The notes under the pieces: model-generated
Database searches by the model: none
What the model was told of the DNA's origin: nothing
The model's input: the letters and a program-made list of their open reading frames with translations, nothing else
DNA from: Octopus sinensis
Taxonomy: Eukaryota
NCBI RefSeq assembly: GCF_006345805.1
Contig: NC_043006.1
Location: 1,364,001-1,428,000 of the forward strand
DNA length: 64,000 bases
Direction: 5' to 3'
In this document: positions 29,752 to 43,969 of the stretch, piece by piece
Position numbering within the stretch: the stretch's first letter is position 1
Layout: each line of letters begins with the position of its first letter
Position numbers and translations under genes: made by a program

Positions 29752-30504
29752 TATTATTTACAGTTATATGCTTACTTCGCAGCAAATACGTCTTTATTTA
29801 TAAACAGAATTCTTTTTCTTTCAGTAAATTATGATGGCAGTCCCATAAATTAAACTTTACTTATATTGGCCTGAACCAAGAGTTCTGCAAGCTCTTTACG
29901 ATAAAACATGAAAAGTTCAAAGAAGCTGATCTACTAAGCAGATTGTTGCATTATACTACACAACAAATATAATGTTATATTGATTTTAAAATCTAAATAA
30001 ATAACCATAAAAAAATATATTTTCTGAAATATGGATAACAAATTTCTACACAACTTTTAAAATTTTATAAATTTATCTGCCTAATCCCAGAAACGCTTCT
30101 TTTGTTTTTGTATATTTAAGTGAACTAATACTTCATTTTTTTTATCTTTTGTTGTTGTTGTTGTTTTTTTTTTTCGTCGCAGATTTCATTTAGAGTAGTT
30201 AATGCATTCAAATCTCAAAGTAACAATAGCACTCTAATAACATTCATCTCTGTGCAAAATTATAAAAACAATATTCATTGTTAGTTCCCTCTGCTAACAC
30301 AGACCAATTTCTTTGACAGATACCACATGAAAATAGTAGGCAATCTTAAAATAAAGTACACAATATACTCTATTGTCTCCGTCGCATCCATTCATCTCTC
30401 CATCCTTACATTCGTTATTACCACTTAGGTCTGACTATTGAAATGGAGGTCTTTTCAAGAAGCATTTTTATGTTCGAATCAAACATACTCATCAGATTAA
30501 TGTG

Positions 30505-31136
30505 CGCATACGTACATACATATGTACGTACGTACGTATGTATGTGTGTATGTATGTATGTATGTGTGTATGTGTGTATGTATGTATGTATGTATGTATG
30601 TATGTATGTATGTATGTATGTATGTATGAGTGTATGTATGTATGTATGTATGTAAGTATGTATGTATGTATGTATGTATGTATGTATGTGTGTGTGTGTA
30701 AATGTTGTGTGTATGCATGTGTAATACATCTCGGCAATCAGCAAGGCAGGATCTATATAAACTTACATTTCACAGACGTTCACATCTGAAGATGGACCTT
30801 TGTACTTGAAATATATAAAAGTTACTTAACTTTCCATCTTCACATTGTTAGACAAGCTCTTCATTTTCATTACTTGCAATGCTACTAATGCACACACACA
30901 GACACACACACACACACAAATGTATATATGTATGTATGTACGTACGTATCTATGTATGTATGTATGTATGTATGTATGTATGTATGTATGTATGTATGTA
31001 TGTATGTATGTATGTATGTATGTATGTATGTATGTATGTATGTATGTATGTATGTCTGTATGTATGTATGTCTGTATGTATGTCTGTATGTATGTATGTA
31101 TGTATGTATGTATGTATGTATGTATGTATGTATGTA

Positions 31137-31167
<31 letters not shown>

Positions 31168-31277
31168 ATGTCTGTATGTATGTATGTCTGTATGTATGTA
31201 TGTATGTATGTATGTATGTATGTATGTATGTATGTATGTATGTATGAATGTATGTATGTATGTATGTATGTATGTAT
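30505..31277. repeat. Two (TATG)n arrays (30505-30700 and 30920-31277)
   Basis: Direct inspection. Confidence 0.95.
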
Positions 31278-32799
31278 CAGTAACGTCATAAAGAAAATTT
31301 GAATGCATAAACATATTTTCAGATAGATACCGAACTGAGTATAACAAAACCGAACTTTTAGAAGAGACACTTAAGCCTATAAGAGATTTATTGTATCTGG
31401 TGATATAAGTCTAAAACGTGTGTCTGTTGAAAAGCTTCTTTCTTTCTAGCATACCCTATATCCTGGCTAACACGTCTTTGAGCTGCTTCTAATGAAAGCT
31501 TATGACTAATCCATGCAATATTTAGTGATTCGTCGCTCGATATCAAACGAAACTGATGCATAAGGGTCAGAAGTTGTTCAAAGAGAAAGTGAAAGTAAGT
31601 TTTATTGTAAAGAAGAGATATTGTAATACATTTTATATAATTTCTGAGAGCAGCAGACGACAGAATCGATATGGCGTCAAACAGGGCACTTAATGACTCT
31701 ATTAATTTAGTTATTGCTGTTGTTGAGCTCCAGGTCAGCTCTGACTAAGCAAGCAGATGATCAAAGAAATTCAGACTATTAACATTCCGTCTTTTTTTTT
31801 TCAGGCATAGTATATCTAAGACTACATTATCCATTGTGCATTTCGTTTTCTTTTGTCCTGGAGATTTTTTAAGACAGAAGAATGAGATTTCTGGGGATTG
31901 AGTTTTATTGTAGATAAATGTAATGGATGATACGGATAACTTCAAAAAGAAGTTGAGAGTATGTAAAACTCATCGATATTTCGTTCCTTTGCGGTGTTGA
32001 GTTTAGTTATTGTGAATGGAGGGTAAACAACACCGAATTTTTAATTCAAAACAATGTTATTTGTGCCTGAAAATACTGATAAACACTATATTTCCCTAAG
32101 AACAGCTGAGAAGGTCTGATAAGCACGAAACATGCCAGAAGTTATCACTATACTAATATGATCGCTCATTGCCTCTTTGCATTGACCACCTTTTATTTCT
32201 AATTAATTTTGATGAATTGAATTGTCATTTTTACCTTTCGTCGGAAGATTAATAATTAAACTAATGACTCTCCCTAATGACTCTCCCTTAATGACTCTAT
32301 CTATATGCTATGGATGTAATTTTAGTTTAGTTTTTATTTTAGGCGTATTACATCACTTAATTTATAGTTTTCATGCAGAGCGTGTCCCTGGGTATTTTTC
32401 CCAAATCTTTAATGTAGATATAGTTTGAATAATGAAAGGTTTCACGAGAATGGATTGTCAAAAATATATTCGCTGAAGATGGAGTACTCCTAATCCATAA
32501 TAAACTTCTGATGTTTCAGTTATTTTCATTTTCAAATCCTGAATAAACCTTAATTTGTAGAGAACCAATTATACCCAAAAGGGGTGACTGCATAAGGATG
32601 TACGAATGTACGAAGCCGTAGTGCCAAAATAAAGAATATCTACAAACTTTCGATTTTGGCCTACCAACTGAACTGTACACTATCCAATTCACTATGGAAG
32701 GGTGTTGGTAGTAGTTTCTTTGACGTAAGTTCGAACTGTTACACACTGTTATTGTTACATGCTGTTATTATATGTTTGTGGTAAGTCTCCCCGCACGGG

Positions 32800-33460
32800 G
32801 GAACCAAGATTCGTTGAATTGTTTAAACTGTTGAATTTCTGTCGTTGTGTGTGCTAGCTTTTGAATAAATGTTTCTTCCCCATTATGGGTGAAGTGGTGA
32901 AAAGAGAAATAGAACGTATCGCAAGTTATGCATCCGCAACCCCACAAGGTATTACGACCAACACCCTTGAAGTTCGCGAGATAATAATAGAGAGAAAGGA
33001 ATGGAAAAAAGGAAACAAATTGTTACAAAAGAAGGGGCCAGTTTAAAGCTGACCCCACCAGAAGAAGTGACGAAGAATGTAGCAAGGAAGATGGTTGTGT
33101 ACAGGATTGGTCCAATAGAGGCAATAGAGGAATGTCTAGGTGAAGGGAGAGGATTAACCACCTCCTATACATGAGGAAGAAAATACGGCACAGTGGAGGT
33201 TAGGTTCTCCAGTGACGAGGACGCTATTAACCACTTTTATCCAATAAGGACACAAGAGTGGGTGCTGCTGCCGATGTACTGTGGCAAACATGTTGCCAGA
33301 GTGAGAGTCGACAGAGCATCCCACCCCTGAGATCGAAGAGGTATGGCTAGTGGCAGCAGTCATACACGGAATGGAGGAAGCGGTAAGGGTTCTGAAGATA
33401 ACCAGATCGAAGGAAGTTAATTGGTGGGGCTACAGCCTTGAAATGATAATTCAAGTTCTG
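32800..33460 (+). mobile_element. Decayed ORF1 (gag-like) of an L1/Tx1-type LINE
   Basis: Frameshifted translation ...IEECL...GRKYGTVEVRFSSDEDA...EWVLLPMYCGKHVARVRV...PEIEEVWLVAAVI resembles LINE ORF1. Recognised by eye. Confidence 0.45.
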
Positions 33461-33844
33461 TTAAAAGAGCTCTGCCTCTGTGACACCAGAAACCAACGCT
33501 TCAGCTCAGAGCTCCGCCTCTGCAGCTTTGGCTTCTCCACGTTGGGGCTTCTCCATGGAGCTCTGTCTAGACGGCTCTGCATCTTCTCTAGACTAGCAAA
33601 TAGTCATGCATCCAATAAACTAAATGACTTCACATTTTAACATGCTCACCAGATGGCGTTTTGGGGGTTAATTTTTCGCCAAAATTATACAAAACAGACC
33701 TGTAGACCTGTAGACATTATAGCAATCATTACAGCAACCAACAACTGTACAGATCGCTTATGAGCTACTAACACTTACTTCGACTTAAATAGTTCACTCA
33801 GCCTTCGCTTTCAAAGCGAATATGGAAAATATGAACGGATTTTT

Positions 33845-34070
33845 ATTTTACTTGTTTCAGTCACTGGACTATAGATATGCTTCAGCACCACCTTGAAGGG
33901 TTTTAGTCGAACAGCTTCACCTCAGTACTTATTTTCTTTTTTAAAGTATGATATTTATTCTATCGCTCTCTTTGTTGAAACGCTAAGTTACGGGTGGCGC
34001 TAAAAAACGCTTACCCAAGTGCGACTGAACTTGAAACCATGTGGTTGTAGAGAGAGCTTCTTAACCACAC
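33845..34070 (-). mobile_element. Degenerate, internally deleted SINE family A
   Basis: tacttgtttcagtca...cgctaagttacggg...aaccatgtggttg...cttaaccacac. Confidence 0.6.
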
Positions 34071-34584
34071 GATTATTGCAAGCCCACATGGTTTATTCTT
34101 AGAAGTCATTGCAGCTTAAACTACAAGCACAAACCACTGCAGTTCACAATCTATTGTAGCTTACATTTACTAGCCATTGCAGCTTAAAATGCTGTCACAA
34201 AACACAGCTTACTTTTACAAGCGGCTGTAGTGAATAGCTCACAGATCATTGCATCTTACAGTTCACAAGCTATTATAACTTACGGTTACACATTCTTCAT
34301 TTGTTCCAACAACAGAATGTCTGCTATAAAGGAAGTTTTTATTCAGCTAGTCGCAATACGAGACACGTTCTTAGTTGAAAACTTACTCAAAGCAGTAGAT
34401 TATTTCTGTCAGTTGCCGAAAGAAAATCCATTTCCATTGTTACTATAGTGAAATTATCATTTAAATCTCATCGTAGATATTATACGCTCTGTGTGACATT
34501 GAAAATGACCGAGTATTAATTGAGATGTGTAAAGTTTTACAATTGTCGATGTTGTCTTTTGAATTAATTCACTATATCTATAAA

Positions 34585-34935
34585 CAAGGGTTTGGCTGTA
34601 TGATAAAAAGTTTGCATGCTTCCAAGTTCAGTTCCTCTACGTGGCACATTGGACAAGTGTCTTCCATTATATCCCTGTGTCGACCAAAGTCATGTGAGGG
34701 AATTTGATGGGTGGTAACTGAAAGAAGCCCGTCGTATGTCTGTGCGTGTGATACATTATTATATATATATATACAAAGGTGTGTGTTTGTGTTTGCCCAC
34801 CACACCGTTTGACAACTGGTGATGGTTTGTTTACGTTCGGATAAAAAGAAAATAATTACTAGAGTTGATTTGTTCAATTAAAACCCTCAGTGACTCGACA
34901 TGATCGCAATCCAATGACTAAAGAAAAGATAAGAT
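34585..34935 (+). mobile_element. Degenerate SINE family A
   Basis: ggacaagtgtcttc...aactgaaagaagcccgtcg...microsatellite...tttgacaactgg. Confidence 0.7.
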
Positions 34936-35208
34936 ATACAAGGATAAAAGTAAAAATAAACTCTTCCATATATGTAAAATAATTCCTATACATTTGCTAA
35001 GCATTCGTTTCCTTCACTGTACAATCAAGCAACGTGGAATCCTATTTGTGGCTATTCCTTCTAGCATAGAGTTGTCGCTACAACTAATGGATTCTAATTA
35101 AATCTAAGACAAATCTACAGATTTTTGGTGTACAGAAAACCGTTTCGACTATTTACTCAATTCAGTTTTATCCACAATAACTATTTCTAGAAATAGTACT
35201 TTGTCTAT

Positions 35209-35369
35209 AGGCGTAGAAGTGGTTGTGGTAAGTAGCTTGCTTACGAACCACATGGTTCCGGGTTCAGTCCCACTGCGTGGCGCCTTGGGCAAGTGTCTTC
35301 TACTATAGCCTCGAGCCAACCAAAGCCCTGTGAGTGAATTTGGTAGATGGAAACTGAGAGAAGCCAGTC

Positions 35370-35459
<90 letters not shown>

Positions 35460-35655
35460 TGTGTGTGTTTGTCATCCCAACATCGCTTGACAATCGATGC
35501 TGGTGTGTTTACGTCCCCGTCACTTAGCGGTTCGACAAAAGAGACCGATAGAATAAGTACTAGGCTTACAAAGAATAAAGTCCTGGGGTCGATTTTCTCG
35601 ACAAAAGGCGGTGCTCCAGCATGGCCACAGACAAATGACTGAAACAAGTAAAAAA

Positions 35656-35690
<35 letters not shown>
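35209..35690 (+). mobile_element. SINE family A with (GA)n tail
   Basis: Full-length match. Confidence 0.9.
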
Positions 35691-35691
<1 letters not shown>

Positions 35692-36925
35692 TAAAGGATT
35701 TAGAAAATTACGTCATCTTAACAACTTGGACTGGTATTTCTGATGTCAAGTATATTCCCGTATTATCTTTTTCATATTAATCATTATATTTTGGGGGGGC
35801 ACCAATACATCGTGTGCTTTGCAGGCCATTAATAGATAAATGCGCGGATCATATCCGTGTGTATTTAGTCTTACTTTGAAGTTAGTCTGTTGGGCCTAAT
35901 CTTGAAATAAATTTGAGTGATGTTTCTCTGTCCGTTATGTTTTTATATTCGTTAACTCCTCCTAGATCGTTGGTGCAAGGACAACGAAACTTAAACCAGC
36001 AACTCCCCTGATTCCAGGGAATGTCCTAAGGGGTCTATTTTTTAAGGGCAACCCAATTGAGGCCCCCGCTGACCCCCCACCACCTTATTTTTACTGCGTT
36101 TTGAACTAAATATAAAGCATTGGCGACCGAATCAGAGCAATGACAATGAATTTCATACCATGAACTCCCAGGGAGTATCGGAAGGAGGTTCAATTTCTGA
36201 AGGGCCGCTCAATTTCTGAGCCTCGCTGACCCCTCCCTCACTATTTTTACTGCATTTACCTCGCTCCTACGCTTATTGATTAAACTATGATCAGCATCAG
36301 TGCTTAGCACATTTGCAGAATTATGTTTGGGCATCCTAAGTGCTTTCACATACATTCGAATCGAGATAAAGAGTTATAACAGGTACGTTTCAGGTGTAGT
36401 ATTGTGGATATTTATATTTCGTAGCTGGAAAACTAATTTTCCTGTTCCGGTTACGGTATCCTCTTAAAGATTTGTAATAGAAGATAGAATGAGATTGAGA
36501 GGAAATGGATCCTATACATTTTATCTCAATCGCATTTTAATATTTTTTCGGCAATGGTGAAGTGAGGGGAAAATTGTGATAGTCATGATAGTCATACATT
36601 TCACTTGCTTAGTACGAAGGGGGGTTCAAGTTTAAAAATATGAAATTAATTAATTACTACAGTGAGTTTGGAAGCACATAACTCCGTGAAAGTGTCGCAA
36701 GTTTTCATCGTTAGAATAAAGTGAAAAAAAAAAGAAAGATGGAAAATGGATCCCGAAGGCCTCAAAGGTGTCCTCCGCACGAGTTAGCCAGAACGTTGCC
36801 CGAAGGGCGGCTCCAAGGCTAGTTTTAAATAAATGTATACGGACATAAACTTCAATATCACCACATAACAATAACGGATGCAAATATCGGTTTGTTAGTT
36901 GGTTGATATCTCTAGTCACGCTTTA

Positions 36926-37097
36926 CCGTATATGTCGGCGTACAAGACGGGCTTTTTTTATTCTTAAATGCATCAAAAATTGCTATTACAAGTTAGATAC
37001 TGCGATGAAACATAAAATTTGTATTTTCCACTTCATGTTCATGTAAAGTAGGGGTACATCTTATGCGAGTGTGCGTCTTATACGCCGGCAAATAGGG
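36926..37097. mobile_element. Tc1/mariner-pogo-type MITE
   Basis: About 24-bp imperfect TIRs (CCGTATATGTCGGCGTACAAGACG / CGTCTTATACGCCGGCAAATAGGG) flanked by TA on both sides. Confidence 0.75.
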
Positions 37098-37874
37098 TAC
37101 CTTATACAGAGAGAGGGGGAAAGAGAGTAAAAGAGAAATACAGAGAGACAGTTATCATAAGCGGATCAGAATAAGTGCACATACGAGGCTTTGTGGCTGG
37201 CAAGGAGTAAAGGAATTCTACACACACACACACACACACAATAAGAGAGAAATAATTAGAGGCAGAGGAGGAGAAGAAGATGGTGTAAATGGTAGAGTAG
37301 TTATTGGAGGAGTTATGCAAATTAGAAATTTGTTTTAATTAAGGTAAAGAAATAAAACTTCCAGTTGAAAATTAGTATTCAATCCATCCTTTTGTTAAAG
37401 CACCAAAAAATTCGATAAAAGATAAATGAGAATTATTGTATGTATACCATGTTTCCTGATGATTACCTATACCTCCGGTGGCAAAAGTATACTTCCGAAG
37501 CCACACGTCATATGACGAATAACACTCTTCCGCTATTGTGATAGAAACTTCTAGCGGTGACAAAAATCAATACCCCCACCCCATCCCACCCTTACCATTC
37601 ACTCTTGAAACTGTTGCTTCGTTTATTTCATTCTGCATTTCAAATACTTTACTTCAAGCGATCAGAAGGTGTTAAACTTCTGTGTCCGGTCACTCCAGAA
37701 ACCCGTTTACAAAAACAAATATTTCAGACATTATGAATAAAAGCAAAAATAGATGAAACGGCGAGGTGCCGGAACAGACACCTGGCATAATTATAGAATC
37801 TCTTTCCATTCTCGTCTCAGATTTCGCCAAGACTGAATATTTGAATTTCATTTTTATTTCCTTTTATCGTTTCT

Positions 37875-38075
37875 TTTTCTTGTTTCAGTCATTGGACTGC
37901 GGCCATGCTGGGGTATCGCCTTGAAGTATTTCTATTCGAATGAATCGATCCCAGTACTTACTTTTTACAAGCCCGGTACTTATTCCATTGGCGTATTTTG
38001 CCGAACCGCTAAGTTACAGAGACATAAATACACCAACACCGGTTGTCAAGTGGTGTTGGTGTATAAACACAGACA

Positions 38076-38112
<37 letters not shown>

Positions 38113-38170
38113 GCAGAGAGAGAGAGACAGACAGACATACACACGTACGCACACACAGAGACAGACAGAT
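37875..38170 (-). mobile_element. SINE family A, 3' half
   Basis: ttgtttcagtcattggactgcggccatgctgg...ccgaaccgctaagttac, ending in microsatellite. Confidence 0.8.
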
Positions 38171-38179
38171 AGATAGACG

Positions 38180-38253
<74 letters not shown>

Positions 38254-38257
38254 TAAA

Positions 38258-38408
38258 TGTGTGATAAGTAGCTTGTCTAACAACCACATGGTTCCGGGTT
38301 CAGTCCCACTGCGTGGCACCTTGGGCAAGTGTCTTCTACTATAGCCTCGGGCCGACCAAAGCCTTGTGAGTAGATTTGGTAGACGGAAACTGAAAGAAGC
38401 CCGTCGTA

Positions 38409-38476
<68 letters not shown>

Positions 38477-38698
38477 TGTGTGTGTTTGTGTGTCTGTGTT
38501 TGTCCCCTAGCATTGCTTGACAACCGATGCTGGTGTGTTTATGTCCCCGTTACTTAGCGGTTCGGCAAAAGAGACCGATAGAATAAGTACTGGGCTTACA
38601 AAAGAATAAGTCCCGGGGTCGAGTTTCTCGATTAAAAGGCGGTGCTCCAGCATGGCCGCAGTCAAATGACTGAAACAAGTAAAAGAGTAAAGAGAGTA
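38258..38698 (+). mobile_element. SINE family A
   Basis: Near full-length match with an internal (TA)n. Confidence 0.9.
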
Positions 38699-38714
38699 CG
38701 TATGTATGTATGTA

Positions 38715-38780
<66 letters not shown>

Positions 38781-38783
<3 letters not shown>

Positions 38784-39262
38784 TATTAGTGAATGGAATA
38801 AATGGAGTTGAACGAAGATTGTACAGAATACCTTTTATTACATTCTACACATGTTTCGAAGGCCACAAATTTCCAAATTCTGTTTAAATAAGGGTACCAT
38901 ATTGCGGCTTTCTCTTCGTTCGAATTGCTGTGCCTCTGTTTTGTTTTGTCCTGTCAACGGAATTCCTGTTTTTTTCCTGAAGAGAAAGCCGCAATATGGT
39001 ACCCTTATTTAAACAGAATTTGGAAATTTGTGGCCTTCGAAACATGTGTAGAATGTAATGAAAGGTATTCTGTACAATCTTCGTTCAACTCCATTTATTC
39101 CATTCACTAATAATATTAAACTTCAATTATCCGCTCCAACGCACGGTTGCAACACCAAATGGTCTTATCTCCAACCGTGCTTTTTTCCGCTGTGATTTTT
39201 GCTACCCAGGTATCGGTTAAACCTTTGAATAATCCGTTACAAGAAAATTCATCTTCCTATTT

Positions 39263-39269
<7 letters not shown>
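38781..39269 (+). mobile_element. Fold-back HHR element in (TA)n (family H2)
   Basis: 137-bp inverted arms at 38781-38917 and 38979-39115, then a ~150-bp tail homologous to 48770-48913; TA on both flanks. Confidence 0.8.
38974..39053 (+). ncRNA. Type-I hammerhead ribozyme with extended stem II, intact core
   Basis: TTC-CTGAAGA-GAAAGCCGCAA...TTGTGGCCTTC-GAAA-CATGTG-TA-GAA. Confidence 0.75.
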
Positions 39270-39310
<41 letters not shown>

Positions 39311-39334
39311 TATATACATTATATTATATTATAT

Positions 39335-39372
<38 letters not shown>

Positions 39373-39379
39373 TATATAT

Positions 39380-39715
39380 AGTACAAATTACAGAAAACAA
39401 AAGACGAATACAGGTGAAGGAACAACAAACAGGTGTATTAGTTTAACGCTCGGAAGAATGGAAAAGTCTTTGACGTTTCGAGCCTACGCTCTTTGGCAGA
39501 AAGGATTAAGAGGGAGAAAAACGGAGAGAGAGAAAATGTGTAGGGATTAACGAGAAACAGGGACAACTGAAGAAGGAGAATATTCATTATGTTGTATGTC
39601 TCGTTTCTGTGGGGTTTTTTTTTTCGTTGTTGAAAAAAAGTTCGTTTCTATGTTTTTGTTTTTATGTTTTGGTTTCTCATTGTGTTCAACGTTTTTTGAT
39701 GTCATGTAACCATAT
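39380..39715 (-). mobile_element. HHR-bearing element (family H1-like) abutting a second repeat fragment
   Basis: 39380-39540 is the reverse-complement homolog of 43500-43685. Degenerate HHR at 39468-39503: CTTT-CTGCCAA-A-GAGC(GTAG)GCTC-GAAA-CG-TC-AAAG. Confidence 0.65.
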
Positions 39716-39829
39716 ATGCTTGTATATATACATATATATGTAAGTATGTACATATATGGATGTATATCTGCATATAATTATATATTATTTATATTATTAT
39801 ATGATCAAACGCCACGCATCCTTTTCCAA

Positions 39830-40330
39830 GTATGTATGTATATAAGATATGCTTCGCCCAAAGATTGACCCAGGTCATGTCTAAATTATTAGCGCCACCT
39901 GACGAGAAGTTTTATGGCATCATGGCCCAATAGCCCATCCAAGGAGGAAGTTGTTGACTGAGCTGTTTCCAGGTATAAATGGTTAATCTGGTATTTCTTG
40001 AAGAAATTTGTCAAGATACCTTTTGAAGGTGATATCTTTTTCTCTTTTGATTTATTTTGGGATAATATTAAATTGAGCAGGGTCTATTGTGCAAAAGAAA
40101 CTGTGTTGCAGTGAATTTATGTGTTGTGACCTGAACTGTGTAGACGGAATGATAAGTAGCCCCAGCCTTAGATGTATTCTGAATGTGATGTTGAGGTCGT
40201 TTGGACAAAGCTGCTGGTATTTTCTCCACATTATGCAAATGATATAGCGCTCACGGCGGCGCTGGAGAGAATAAAGTTTCAATCTTTTAATCATAGTTAA
40301 GCTAATGAATAGTAAAATGGTCCAATATAC
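39830..40330 (-). mobile_element. CR1/L2-like LINE 3' end (ORF2 C-terminus and 3' UTR)
   Basis: KRLKLYSLQRRRERYIIC..W...Q.LCPNDLNITF...RLG, the typical post-RT LxSLxxRRxR motif. Confidence 0.7.
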
Positions 40331-40599
40331 ATACGATTGAATCAAAAGCATGTTTTTGGTCGTGTGTATCGCTGCTTGTTGCGAGAGTGGTACATTATTA
40401 ATCTTTTGAGCACGCGACTACATCTAAGCACGCTTGACTTCGTTGTGACAATACTCCTGGAAGATGCAAATTCGGGCGGCCACAAAGTCTTGTACTTGCG
40501 GTTCTCCAGTTGGCAGAAACATCGTTATTTTCAGCCGTAAACACAAAACCATTTGTGGCCGTCCGTTTTTACGTCTTCCAGGGGCACAGTCAAAAGAAA

Positions 40600-41300
40600 T
40601 CCTTCCAGCTAAAGTGTAGTCGTGGATTCGAAGCGTGACTCGTACTTTAATTATGTTGCAGTGTTTAAGTTCTTATGGGGATGATTTGCTGCTACCGATC
40701 GAGTTGGCGTCCTTGGATCTGGCCGACGAGTCTGCTTGCGCGCGGCCATCTTCAGCGCATTCTTTGATGGCCCGAAGAAACTGACCGATCCCGATCGCTT
40801 AGAGGAAGTAAAAGTCGTAACAAGGAGTGTGTTGGTGAGTGATTGCATGTCCATCAGTCGAGTGACTTTTCTTTCGACACGGTCTTAAATATCCAAATGT
40901 TTGGCAACAGCACCGTCCCAGATGTTGCAATTCGTAAAGGATTAGAAGTTACTGCAGAAGATTGAAATATTTTGTGGATCTGAAAAGGAAGGACTGCCTT
41001 TGAGCTGCAGCCTGTATGTTGAGGATCTGTACTCACCCGCAAAAACCTGTAAAATCGTGAGATAGTATATTAGAAACCGCGAGGATTCTATACATGGAAA
41101 TGGTGCTTGCGCGCAGAAGGGTAGGGAAGGTTAGAGGATGGGCGTTGTTGGAGGTGATGGAATGCACGTCGTTGATGTATAGAAGACAGCGTGTGGGAGA
41201 AAGAGTGAACTTTAGGCACACCAGTTTTGATTCAGCATGGGACGGAAACAATGCGATTTGCTATCTGAGAGAAAACAGGGAATACATAACCTAAATACGA
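40600..41300 (-). mobile_element. Patchwork of decayed LINE fragments
   Basis: LSPTRCLLYINDVHSITSNN resembles the RT motif LSPTLFLLYINDL; KNLNTAT resembles the start of an APE endonuclease. Confidence 0.4.
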
Positions 41301-41746
41301 GAGCAGGATTGGGTCATAGGCGTGAACAAGTGTCTTCCTTCGTTGGTTCGGATGAATCAAGATGTAATGAGTGAAATTTGGTAAATGGAAATTGTACGGA
41401 AGGTCGTATTCGTCGATAGCGTCGAAAGCAGATTTTAAAATCTGTCCAGTTTAAATGCTCCGCTTGGCCCTTGATAATTTTAGCAGAGTTCACTTTGTTG
41501 TAAGTATTCAAGCCAGATTTACTGCCTGAGGATAGCTTCCCTATTTCTTCCTGCCAATCAAGAAAACGCTGAAAAGAATCATGGATGGCTCCCGCTTTGC
41601 TCCGACAAAACGATAAAAAAGAAAGAATGAACTAAACAGGACACGAGGAGACACATGGTATGGAGAATCATTGAAGAGGTCACAGGATGTGTGATAAAAT
41701 GTTTCAGACAAAAGACACTAAAATAGGAATAATAATAATAATAATA

Positions 41747-41807
<61 letters not shown>

Positions 41808-42259
41808 TAATAAAGCTGAAGTGAAGAATGAGTACATAATGCGTAGGTTTATTTATCAAAAAAAATGTATGAATATCCCGAAATAAAACAATAATAAAAA
41901 AGAAGACATCTGAAAAGTCATAAAACAATTGTTTAATCGTAATTGTTTTTTTAATTGATTCTACCTAAAAAGTTAGAATCGTTGCTTCTCGCCGCAGTGA
42001 TCACATGACGACAACGAGAATTAGGGAAAACCAATCATTTAAGTGAATCAATACCTATGACCAGAAAATGTTGGTACAAGTTTATAAAAGAGCACTTTTT
42101 TGGATATTTCGACTAGTTTATCAATGATATTAGCGCAGAGGAACAGCGTCAACATGGAGTGTTTATCTTCAATGGATAGCTTTGTTGATCATCTGCCAAT
42201 GTTTTCGCGCAATGCAGAACCTATTAAGTAGCAAAAATGCCTGCAAAAAGCGGGCTAAA

Positions 42260-42731
<472 letters not shown>

Positions 42732-43202
42732 CTACAGAACACGCCAAACACTAATACTGCCAAGAATTGATTTCTGCTTGAGTAAAAGGTGTGGGAGAAA
42801 GAGAATTTTTGCCTGTTGCCAAAAATTTGTCGATACGTTTCAATGAACAAAGCAGAAGCGATGCAGGTTAAAAAATTAGTGGTAAGTATCAATTGGTCTC
42901 TAATATTTCCGATAAAATGTTTTGTTTCTTTTGTGTGAGGTTTCCTGCTTTATTTGTTTCATGTACATCCTTCCCTCCGTCACTTCGCAAACTATTGGTC
43001 AGTTGTAGTCGAGTTAAACGTTCAGATAATTCAAAATGTACGGAAAAATCATTGCAGCTTTAAAGGAAATATCACATGAACGATTAGATTAGACAGGAAT
43101 GGATTGAACAGGAAGCTTCTTGGATCGAGGAGGAAGCTAATTCTGCGTGAAAGGAATATCGGATTTCGAAAAAGTTTGTTCTCACCTCAATGAATTACGT
43201 GG

Positions 43203-43251
<49 letters not shown>

Positions 43252-43255
<4 letters not shown>

Positions 43256-43686
43256 AACTAATCGGAGAATGGACAAAGCGGAGAATGATCTAAGCGGCGG
43301 AGATTGGGCTAAGTGGAGCAGGAGCACACACGAGGACGGAAAGTGTCGCTGAAGATGTAGGGCGATAGGTTTCCGGGCAATGTACGTGAGTTAAAATAAG
43401 AACAGTAATAAACGAGTGAAGAAAGAATATATAGTGCGTATTTTTGAGGAAGAAAATGACCATCCCGAAATACCGCCATGTTGATTCGCTAGCTTCTGCA
43501 CGCATTTTTTTTCTCTCCTTGTTTGTCTTCGTGTTTCTTTTCTGTGTATCTTTCTGTTGAAGAGCGTAGGCTCGAAACGTAAAAGACTTGTTTTATTTAT
43601 ATTCCTGAGCGCCATACTAATACAATTGTTTGTTTGTATTCCACCTGCCATCGTCTTTTGTTTATTTTCATAAAGCTTCCCGTTAT
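43252..43686 (+). mobile_element. HHR-bearing element in (TA)n (family H1-like)
   Basis: TA-flanked; the 3' part is homologous to 39380-39540 and related to 19141 and 48172. Confidence 0.7.
43549..43586 (+). ncRNA. Minimal type-I hammerhead motif (A6>U variant)
   Basis: TCTTT-CTGTTGA-A-GAGC(GTAG)GCTC-GAAA-CG-TA-AAAGA. Confidence 0.65.
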
Positions 43687-43829
43687 GTATATATATATAT
43701 ATATATATACATATATATATAAAAGCTCAGTAAAATTTAGATTCAGTTGAATATGGTACTAAAGTTAAAGGCACCAGAATTTGTATGGTATTATCCATAT
43801 AATTCAAAATGGGGTGATTACAATCCAAA

Positions 43830-43885
43830 TAAGCAATAAGGATATCCAGAGGTAATGCATTACCTCTGGATATCCTTGTTGCTTA
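43830..43885. repeat. 56-bp spacerless palindrome (1 mismatch)
   Basis: TAAGCAATAAGGATATCCAGAGGTAATG|CATTACCTCTGGATATCCTTGTTGCTTA. Confidence 0.9.
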
Positions 43886-43892
43886 CTTTGAT

Positions 43893-43969
<77 letters not shown>

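Noticed and set aside
30781-30822. CTGAAGA...GAAA-TATA-TA hammerhead-like string
   Set aside because: Stems I and II pair poorly. It may be a decayed HHR but is not supportable.
32092-32142. CTAAGA...GCAC-GAAA-CATG-CC hammerhead-like string
   Set aside because: The core and cleavage triplet are both non-canonical.
35920-36270. Diverged ~160-bp direct repeat, possibly Helentron-associated
   Set aside because: No termini could be identified, so the element class is unsupported.
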